64,000 nucleotides of DNA from Eledone cirrhosa (lineage: Eukaryota), in contig OZ024741.1 in assembly GCA_964016885.1 (NCBI GenBank), positions 239,320,001-239,384,000 on the forward strand, given 5' to 3'. Position numbers and translations under genes: made by a program. The notes under the pieces are model-generated. The model was given only the letters and a program-made list of their open reading frames with translations. It was not told the DNA's origin and did not search any database. This document shows positions 1 through 9,954 of the stretch, in pieces. Positions within the stretch are counted from its first letter, which is position 1. Every line of letters starts with the position of its first letter.

Positions 1-310
1 CTTCAGGCAATATATTACATATTATCAATATAAATATAAAGGTGTCTAGAAATAAAGTTATGCTACCTAAATTTAAATATATTTCACCAGAAATATAACC
101 ATAATTAAATACCTCATTAGAGCAGAACATAAATGTTGAACATATCAATGTCTATAGAAAATGTAGAGCTGAGAATTTCTATCTTAAAATGTCTACTAAC
201 ATAATTTCTATATATATCATTTTATACTAAAATATGGCTAAATATATTTTGTAAGAGATCCATATCATTTGAATAAGTTGGAAATATAATATAAATATTC
301 ATAAACTTAC

Positions 311-720
311 ATTCATTGTGTAAAGTCCTTTGTTATAAACTGTGAGTTGGTCCCAATGTTCTGTTGTTAATGGTTGTCTGTGTCACTGCTGCTGTGGTGT
401 GACAATGGCTTCATGTTGATGGAATAGTGTTGGTAGTGAGTCAGTGGGAACCAGCAGTTCCTCTCAGTCTTTTCTGTGTGTGTGATGTTTACTGAGTGTG
501 AGTATATGTGTGTGTGTAAAAGAGAGTGAAGGATGGGTGATGCTTACTCCAGCCTCACTCAAATTGGAAAGAAGAGGGAGACAGAGACAAAGCACAATAT
601 CAGCTCCACTAATAGTCAGCCATAACCATCATCATCATAGTAATAAGTCTATATAACACCAACATGTCTGATGTAAAGAGACTGATATAGAAATAACCAA
701 TGTTTAAAGGAGATCTTAAA
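311..720 (-). promoter_or_regulatory. Conserved promoter + leader exon (copy 1) for the next Pcdh gene, which lies off the left edge
   Basis: One of 7 copies of a conserved block; minus-strand donor ATGAAT|GTAAGT (plus acttac 305-310); Inr-like TCAGT at 491-495; plus-strand motifs TGAGTCA, GATGCTTACTCCAGC, CAGCTCCACTAA, GTCTATATAA, CAACATGTCTGATGTA. Confidence 0.7.
367..414 (-). other. uORF1 in leader copy 1, MKPLSHHSSSDTDNH*
   Basis: CAAC-ATG start and TAA stop, 48 nt; recurs in the other leaders. Confidence 0.55.
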
Positions 721-1212
721 TTAACAAAATATTACTGATGTTGGTAAATATTTTACTAACTAATAATGTTAATATAATATAGACAATTATATTTAAGATC
801 TATCTGACCTAAATATACACCAAATCTGTAATGGAGGATGTATGAACAAATATTGAAGAAATTCTAGACTTCTCTTAGATGTTTATTTTAGTATTATTTT
901 TTAATATAATTTCTTACATATAATGTTTTAATAATAATGTTCTAAAAATCAAGACATATATTTTAAATATATTCTTTAGATATTTCAAATTTTAAACAAT
1001 CCATATTATTGAGAATATCTGTGTAAATATTAGTTCATATATATATATAAAAAACTTGTATAAAACTCCAGTGTGATCATAGAAGTTGTAATGCTGTGTG
1101 TATATTATTGAAATTGAGGGAGTGAGGAGAAATTGCACATATTTACTTTCTATGTGAAAGTTATATTTAAAATATAGCAGTAAGTGGTCAATATTTAGGA
1201 ACTGGCCAATGG

Positions 1213-1334
1213 TCAGTTAGTAATGACATCTGGTGTTGAAGGTAACTGTCTCTCTGGAGGTTTCACATATCTATCTTGGTATTGTTGTCTATCATTGTTC
1301 ACAACTGATGTATCATGTTGACTACCATAGATCC
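1213..1334 (-). CDS. Pcdh: Pcdh-A exon 4 (terminal): GIYGSQHDTSVVNNDRQQYQDRYVKPPERQLPSTPDVITN*
   Basis: TTTTCCAG acceptor, phase 1, 122 nt to TGA; paralogous exon behind every large exon. Confidence 0.88.
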
Positions 1335-1507
1335 CTGGAAAAGAGACAATGTTTTAGTGTAGCAATGTTAGAGACAATCACTTATCAGAAATACTGTAGT
1401 AATGACATACACACAGGACTAATTACACCAAACTACATAATTACAATTGGTACAATAATTGATAATGAAATAATATAATATTAAATGAGAGTAGTTTGTC
1501 AACATAC

Positions 1508-1661
1508 CTGTCATTGCTGGTATTTCTTCATACTGTCTACTTGACCTTTCACTCCAGCACTGTCCACTACTCTTATGACTGGTCAATGTATCAGTGGGAT
1601 AGTTAGAAGATGGTCTGTTGTCTCCATAAGATGTCACCTCTATAGGTTGACTATATTTCTG
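1508..1661 (-). CDS. Pcdh: Pcdh-A exon 3: QKYSQPIEVTSYGDNRPSSNYPTDTLTSHKSSGQCWSERSSRQYEEIPAMT
   Basis: TTTTACAG|CAG acceptor, G|GTATGT donor, 154 nt (phase 0 to phase 1); conserved in all six genes. Confidence 0.9.
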
Positions 1662-2746
1662 CTGTAAAATATAAGTTACCAGAATGTAAAGATAGCAATT
1701 ATCAATGACAGTGTTATATCTGGTATTGAATAAGTTACTACAGTTTAGTTCACTGAATATAATACCTGTGTAGGAATATATATACAGTGGGATGCCAAGT
1801 GCTGTGACACATTCTATGCTGCTAATCTTGTCACTTTGGTAACAAACACAGACATTGCTGCCAAACACACTGAGAAGCTTGACTGATCACATCTTTTTCA
1901 AGATGGCCTAGACATCCTTGATCTCTGAACTGGTGTTTTCATTCACAAAATATGGAGGTATGTATCCTGTCTGACAAAGGAAACCTGTGAGAGGAAATTG
2001 TCGATGCAGTGTGTGTTGCTTATTGTTGCAATAATTTTGCCATTTAGGGCATAACTGTGATATACTGCCTAGAATTAGGTGAAGAGTCAGACACTACATC
2101 TACCTTCCTCTTACAAAAATTATATAATTTAACTGAAATTTATTGAATAAAAATATTATTGTCATAGATATTAAATATTTTTATTACAGTTAGATAAAGC
2201 ATTCAACACATATGTGTAAATACTTATTTAACATAAAACATTGATGTAAACACAAATTTCATGCTGCACAGACAATTTAAAAAGATACGATCAGAGAATT
2301 TTCAAAGTGGATCTTTTTTTTATGTAGTAGAAACATTATCAATAAATTATTAGAAATTTCAAAATATTCAAATATTTCAAGATTTACAAGGCTATAATTG
2401 ATAGGGGTGCATATCATCAGTTATATAAACCCTCAGTCCTAATTGGTGTTAATTCTATCAATGTTGGGAGGATAAATTGGATTCTGGTGAGAGTTGAACT
2501 CTATACATAAAGAGATGTACCCACAGGTAGCAAGACATTTTGCCCAATACCCCACACACTGTTAAACTAGTCTCCAGTGTTGATTTATTTTTAGTATCTT
2601 GAAGATAAATTGTACACAAAATATAAGACACACAATTCTGTGTGTAAATTTTACTAGATTTACTTAACTAACAATAATATGTACAGAAACAAAACAATTT
2701 AAAGATAAAGATGAGTTACAAAATAGTTACGTAAAATAACACTTAC

Positions 2747-5120
2747 TCTGGTTGATTTCTGAAGAGATCTGTTCATTGTTGATGTCTTCCAGTCTTCAGG
2801 AGAGTAATGACTTCTAGACTGACTATATCTGTCTATCTCTCCTCGATTACCTGACATCACAGATACACTGTTGTTACCTTGATAGATCAACTGTCTCATC
2901 TCATTACGACATTGGTATGCCTGTTTCTCTTCTATTGTTCTAGCTGAGTTATTTCTCACATTGTTACATCTCACAATACACAATGTTATAGAAACTACAA
3001 TAGCTATAGATACTATCACAGCTGCTACTACAATGATAATCAACAATGTTGCATCTATTGTGTTATCAGTTGGTACATGGACAGCTGTGAACATTGGTGA
3101 TGTCTTGTTACTAACAGTCAGTGTTAAAGAGACACTAGTTGTTGCTGACAGAACTGGAGTACCACTGTCTTTCACAACAAACTCCAGTTGATATAATCCA
3201 GCATCATTTTGGTAAACTGTGCGAGAGTAAGATAAGACACCAGTGAATGAGTCCAGTTTAAATAATTGTCTCTCATTACCTGAAAGGATTTCATACCTGA
3301 GAAAAGCATTCATGTGACTGTCTATATCAGAGGCTTTCAGAAGTGTGATGTCATTCTTACTTTGTGGATGATAGTGGACATCAAGAGTGAAAGGGTCAAC
3401 ACTAGGAAATGTAAAATATGGAGCATTATCATTTTTATCTAATACTTCCACTTCAACATTTACTGTGTTATTTAGAGATGGTGTTCCATTGTCTTTGACT
3501 AAAACCTCAAAATCATAGAAATCTCTGTGTTCTCTGTCTAAAGACTGGTTTGTTGAAATAAAGCCAGAGTTGATAATCTGGAATGGTAGATGATATTGGT
3601 GTTTATTTCTCAGATAGTAACTTAATTCACCTCCCTTACCAACATCTGGGTCTGTAGCATTGATAAAACCAATAGGGAAATTAGCTTTGTCATTCTCATA
3701 GGTAAGGAACTTGAATGTATCTTTGGTAAAGTGTGGTTTTACATCATTCACATCTAACACTTGTATTGAGAGATCTTTATCAGTTTTGAGAGGAGGTAAT
3801 CCTTTATCTTGACAGGAGACAGTAAAGTGATAATGTTCCTGTGTCTCTCTGTCTACTGCTTTCTTTAGAACTATTTTATATTCCTTAGATCCCATTGACT
3901 GTAGTTTGAATGTATCATGTTTAATATCACAGCTGACCTCTCCATTGTGTCCAACATCATTGTCAGTGACCATCACATAAGCAATGAAACTACCAACTTT
4001 GATATCTTCCAGAATGGTAGCTGTGTTGTGAATCTCTGTAGAAATATAGTTGACATCAATATTTGGAGGATTGTTCTGTTGGTTGATAACATTTACCATA
4101 ACAGTTGCTATGGAACTGAGAGGTGGGTTGCCTCCATCTCTGGCCTCTATATACAATTTAAAGAATTTCTTCTTTTCTAAAGCAGAATGTTTGGCTAAGA
4201 ATATTTCTCCAGTTTTCTGATCAACCTTGAAATAATTTATTGATTCTTTAGAGGTTAATGAACTGATAAAATAAGAAGTGTTACCATTTTCTCCAATATC
4301 AGTGTCTTTTGCCAACATGACAATAATTGGTATATTTCTTTTGTGGTTATTTTGTATGGAGATATTGTATGTCTTCTCAGAAAATATTGGTCTGTTATCA
4401 TTCTCATCTTTGACAGTAATGTGTACAGTTAAGACACCTTGTTTGGGTGGACTTCCTCCATCTTTAGCTATCACTTCTATGTCATAACTATCTTTTATCT
4501 CTCTATCTAACTTTCCATCTAACACAATTTCTAATGAGAGCAACCTATCTGCTATCTGAAATGTAGACAAAGAAAACTGATTGCTACTACCTTTCAATTC
4601 ATAATTCACTAGTCTGTTTTGTAAACCAACATCATCATCAATTGCATTGGGTATTGATCGTTTTGTCCCCTTGCCCTCAGTTTCATAAAAATCTAAATTA
4701 ATTTCTTCAACAGGAAACTCAGGTGTATGGTCATTGATGTCTTCTATCATTACCTTAATCTTTAATATCTTTATAAATTTCTCTGCTCTATGAACTGCTA
4801 CCTTAATTGTGTGAGAACATTCTTTCTCAAAACTACACAGAGACTCAGCATCCAGTGTTTGTGTAGTATATATCTTTCCATTACTGGTCACATTAAATAG
4901 CTGTGTCCCCTTCTGTTGTAACTGACTAAATGATAATAATGCAATGTCCTGTAACTGTGAATCAGCAGTAATATCTCCTATATTGATAATTCGATGGTTT
5001 TCTTCTTCCACATGATAAACAATGTCTTCTTTAGAGAGTGAATAGTGAAGTAGAGACAGTAATATCCATATCTGTATTAAAACCATCTTTGTTAGTGGAG
5101 TTAGTTGTGAGTTAAGCAAC
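2747..5120 (-). CDS. Pcdh: Pcdh-A exon 2: signal peptide, 6 cadherin repeats, TM, proximal cytoplasmic domain (likely Met at 5086)
   Basis: 812-aa ORF with DINDH/DENDN/LDRE/DxD motifs, EC1 C-X5-C (LCSFEKEC) and hydrophobic TM; acceptor TTTCCAG at 5121-5127, phase-0 donor AGA|GTAAGT at 2741-2746. Confidence 0.95.
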
Positions 5121-6420
5121 CTGGAAATAAGAAACATAACTTTAATTTACTTGGTAGAATCCAATAATAAATAAATAGTATTCAATTAACTAAATTAAAC
5201 ATATTAAAAAATATATTTCATATATTTGTTACTGCTTTATTCTCATTAATCACCATAACATTCAATATTCTACACAGAAAAAATCATTTAAAGAAACATC
5301 ATTTAATTCCTTCTTTTTGTAAATATTTATTTAGAAATCTCAAGCTTCTCATTTTTATATTTTTGCTGTTAATTAACCCTTAATATATACATTATACATG
5401 ATTTCACATGGAATATGAATAATCAAATTTTCCTTCTTTTCTGCGAGTATTTTGTAATTTGTCGATATTCATTGTAAGATCCTGATTAGAAGATAGCAGT
5501 GAGTGATGGCAATATTAGCAGAGGGACTTCATACATGACACTATGATAACCTATGACACTTGAAAGAATTAAAAACTGTAACACTTGGCACTTTCAATAT
5601 CGTTCAATGTCAGATATAGAATATTACACTGATTTAATTTAGATCTGGGTATATATTACCTGCAAGATACTGACAATAATTGTTATTATACAGACACCGA
5701 ACATTTAGGACTGCATATTTTATTATGTGGAACAGATACAATGTATCAGTGAGTTTTAAGAGATGACCAACAGGGTTAGCATTAGAAACGGTATATAGCC
5801 ATGACCCACAATCTAATAAGACCTGCCCAAGCCATAACAGTAAGGAGAAACAGACATTAGAAACAACACTTATACTAATATGACATAATTAAACTTATTT
5901 ACAGATCTCTTTAGGTCTTATCTAGAAAACATTGTCTATAATTGTTATTTACTCAAAAATTGCATCTTGGCTTACATCATCTTATTTTAAGAGTTACTCT
6001 TTGAAATAAGAGGATGGAGTTTGAGAGGGATTTGACTGCTATTTGAGTAAATCAACTGACCACATAATGGCTCAGATGACACACTGTCACCAGAGTTACT
6101 TTCCCTTAATGTCTAACATCTTAGATAAAACATGATTATATAGTGTATATTGTATGTTTTCTCTCTATATTAATTATGTTTACAGCACACATTTTTCTCA
6201 AAAGTATGAAGGGGAAAACCAATACATGACTTATCTATTGCACCTAATAAAACCTCAATTCAAAATATATTATACACTATAAATGTTCCATGTAAAATGG
6301 AGGTGCAACTGATCTGTCAGTGAGAATTAAACACATGTGTATATGGTATATAACAAGAAAAAATGGTGTACACTTTACTATAGTAAATATATGTTTCATA
6401 TAAACATTATACTATTTAAA

Positions 6421-6560
6421 CAATAATAATAATAATAATGAAATTATTGTGTAAAGTGCTCAGGTGCACTACAACTCGTCAATATAGTACATAGAATAAT
6501 ACACAAATGCCAGGGAAGTACATGTTTGTATGTGTTAGCTGTAGTGTTGGCGGATGTTTC
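6421..6560 (-). mobile_element. Degenerate 3' end of a CR1-like LINE
   Basis: (AAT)n tail followed by ctcaggtgcactacaactc, shared with the better-preserved copy at 54342-54650. Confidence 0.5.
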
Positions 6561-7622
6561 TCAAACTAGTGTTTTTACACGATATTACACCTCTATCTGA
6601 AACACAGGAATCGGATAAAAGCGAAAATTGCTACAAAAAGCACAGTAAAAAGTGTTACTCAATAAAATTAACATATTGAAATCAGGAATAACAATTTTTT
6701 AAAATAGTGGAAATAAATGAATTTGAGTAAATATTTATCAAAATTCTTTAACTGTAAGATTACTAATTGTAGATTCAACATAGCACTTTTAACAAGTTCT
6801 AAATAAAAATAATAAAATAAGAAGATTACATTTATCACAATGTTTAACATTCTATTTCATATATAATCCACAATTTATTTAAATATATTTATTATATTGT
6901 AAATTAATACATTTTAAGAAATAAAAGCCTTAATATCTATCAATTTAAATATTATATTTTTTAAAGAAATGAATAAACAAAATTCCATATTAATTGATAT
7001 AGCCTCATTAAACAAGACTAATAAAGACAGTAGTTTTGTATAAAATGTAAAACAGATTTTAAAAATCCCTTAAAACTGAATAGTGACAAATTTAGAAATT
7101 CAATAATGCCACAATACTGTATTGATTATTTATGTTGACACTAAACCACCATCTTAACTATTCTCCTTGTTTCACATTAATATAATATATTAATATAACA
7201 CATGCATTGTTACATATAACTACAATAATGATATGGATGTTTTAAATGATATTTAACATCAAACACTTAATATAAAAATATTCACAACACTATAAAACCT
7301 CAAGAACGTCTTCAGGCAATATATTACACATTATCAATATAAATAATATATAAAAGTGTCTAGAAATAAAGTTATGCTACCTAAATTTAAATATATTTCA
7401 CCAGAAATATAACCATAATTACATAGCTCATTAGAGCAGAACATAAATGTTGAACATATCAATGTCTATAGAAAATATAGAACTGAGAATTTCTATCTTA
7501 AAATGTCTACTAACAATTTCTATGTATATCATTTTATACTAAAATATGGCTGAATATATTTTATAAGAGATCCATATAACTTAAATATGATGGAAATATA
7601 ATATAAATATTCATAAACTTAC

Positions 7623-8050
7623 ATTCATTGTGTAAAATCCTTTGTTATAAACTGTGAGTTGGTCCCAATGTTCTGTTGTTAATGGTTGTCTATGTCACTG
7701 CTGCTATGGTGTGACAATGGCTTCATGTTGATGGAATAGTGTTGGTAGTGAGTCAGTGGGAACCAGCAGTTCCTCTCAGTCTTTTCTGTGTATGTGTGAT
7801 GTTTACTGAGTATGGGCATATAAGTGTGTGTGTATGTAAAAGAGAGTAAAGGATGGGTGATGCTTACTCCAGCCTCACTCAAATTGGAAAGAAGAGGGAG
7901 ACAGAGACAAAGCACAATATCAGCTCCACTAATAGTCAGCCATAACCATCATCATCATAGTAATAAGTCCAACACCAACATGTCTGATGTAAAGAGACTG
8001 ACAGAAATAACCAATGTTTAAAGGAGATCTTAAATTAACAAAATATTACT
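7623..8050 (-). promoter_or_regulatory. Promoter + leader exon 1 of Pcdh-A (copy 2); uORF1 at 7679-7726 (MKPLSHHSSSDIDNH*)
   Basis: Donor ATGAAT|GTAAGT (7617-7622); Inr-like TCAGT 7805-7809; near-identical to copy 1 but lacks the TATAT of GTCTATATAA. Confidence 0.7.
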
Positions 8051-8527
8051 GATGTTGGTAAATATTTTACTAACTAATAATGTTAATATAATATAGACAA
8101 TTATATTTAAGATCTATCTGACCTAAATATACACCAAATCTGTAATGGAGGATGTATGAACAAATATTGAAGAAATTCTAGACTCCTCTGTTTATTTTAG
8201 TATTATTTTTTAATATAATTTCTTACATATAATGTTTTAATAATAATGTTCTAAAAATCAAGATATGTATTTTAAATATATTCTATGTTAATGCTATAGA
8301 AATTTAAAATTTAAAAAAAAATTCACATTATTGAGAATATCTGTGTAAAAATTAGTTCATAAAAAAAACTTGTATAAAAATCCAGTGTGATTATAGAAGT
8401 TGTAATGTGTGTATATTATTGAAATTGGAGAAGGGGAAAGTAAATGTTGTATATATTGTATTTTACATGTGAAAGTTATATTTAGAATATAGCAGTAAGT
8501 GGTCAATATTTAGTAACTGACCAATGG

Positions 8528-8649
8528 TCAGTTAGTAATGACATCTGGTGTTGAAGGTAACTGTCTCTCTGGAGGTTTCACATATCTATCTTGATATTGT
8601 TGTCTATCACTGTTCACAACTGATGTATCATGTTGACTACCATAGATCC
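8528..8649 (-). CDS. Pcdh: Pcdh-B exon 4 (terminal), ends ...RYVKPPERQLPSTPDVITN*
   Basis: 122 nt, CAG acceptor, TGA stop; near-identical to Pcdh-A exon 4. Confidence 0.88.
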
Positions 8650-8824
8650 CTGGAAAAGAGACAATATTTTAGTGTAGCAATGTTAGAGACAATCACTGTT
8701 ATCAGAAATACTGTAGTAATGACATACACACAGGACTAATTACACAACACTACATAATTACAATTGGTACAATAATTAATAATGAAATAGTGTAATACTA
8801 AATGAGAATAGTTAGTCAACATAC

Positions 8825-8978
8825 CTGTCGTTGCTGGTATTTCTTCATACTGTCTACTTGACCTCTCACTCCAGCACTGTCCACTGCTCTTATGACTGGT
8901 CAATGTATCAGTGGGATAGTTAGAAGATGGTTTGTTGTCTCCATAAGATGTCACCTCTATAGGTTGACTATATTTCTG
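8825..8978 (-). CDS. Pcdh: Pcdh-B exon 3 (cytoplasmic, YEEI exon)
   Basis: 154 nt, CAGCAG acceptor, GTATGT donor. Confidence 0.9.
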
Positions 8979-9954
8979 CTGTAAAATATAAGTTACCAGA
9001 ATGTAAAGATATCAATTATCAATGACAGTGTTATATCTGATATTGAATAGGTTACTACAGTTTAGTTCACTGAATATAATACTTCTGTAGGAATATATAT
9101 ACAGTGGGATGCCAAGTGCTGTGACACATTCTATGCTGCTAATCTTGTCACTTTGGTAACAAACAGAGACATTGCTGCCAAAAACACTGAGAAGAGGAAG
9201 ATAACCAAATACCAAAGCTTGACTGATCATATCTTTTCAAGATGGCCAAGACATTAGAAATCCTGTGTCTCTGAACTGGTGTTTTCCTCCACAAAATCAG
9301 GAGGTATGCAACCTGCCTGATGAAGGAAGCCTGTGAGAGGAAGTGGCCGATGCAGTGTGTGTTGCTTATTGTTCTCTGCAGCAAAAATTTTGCAATTTTG
9401 TTCACAGGGCACAGCTGAGATATACTGCCTAGATTTAGGTGTAGAGTCTGACATTAAATCCTCCATCCCCTTACTTTCATATTTTATTATGAAAATTATA
9501 TAATTCAGTTGAAATTTATTGAATAAAAATATTATTGTCGTAGATAATATTTAAAGCATTCCACACATATGTGTTAATACTTATTTAACATAAAATATTG
9601 ATTTACAAGACTATAATTTATAGGGGTGCATATCATCAGTTATATAAACACTCAGTTCTGATTGTTGTTAATACTACCAATATTTGGAGGATACATTGCA
9701 TTCTGGTGAGAGTTGAATTCTATACAAAATGAAATGTACCTACAAGTAGCAAGACATTTTGGCCGACACCCAACACACTGTGTTTAACTACAGTCATCTA
9801 TGTTGAATTATTTCGAGTATCTTGAGAATAAATTACACACAAAATTCTGTATGGAAAATTTATCAGGTTTACTTAACTAACTAATATTTACAGAAACCAA
9901 ACAATACCAAAATAAAGATGAGTTACGACATAGTTATGTAAAGTAAACACTTAC

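Noticed and set aside
598-622. CTCF site in the promoter block (minus TGGCTGACTATTAGTGGAGCTG)
   Set aside because: Only the 3' half resembles the CTCF consensus (AG.TGGCGCTG) and the 5' CC core is missing; the motif is conserved but cannot be assigned to CTCF without a PWM scan or ChIP.
647-658. TATA box (minus TTATATAGAC)
   Set aside because: About 150 nt from the Inr-like site rather than ~30, and deleted in copy 2; kept only as an unassigned conserved motif.
2961-3191. Plus-strand ORFs repeated inside every large exon (MLHLTIHNV..., MFNITADLS...)
   Set aside because: Antisense shadows of the homogenised Pcdh sequence, several with non-ATG starts; no independent evidence for coding or for an antisense lncRNA.
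9100-9470. Short ORFs in intron 2 of B (and A, 1785-2100) as extra exons
   Set aside because: Present only in A and B with frame-breaking indels between them; probably a decayed transposon fragment that I cannot classify.
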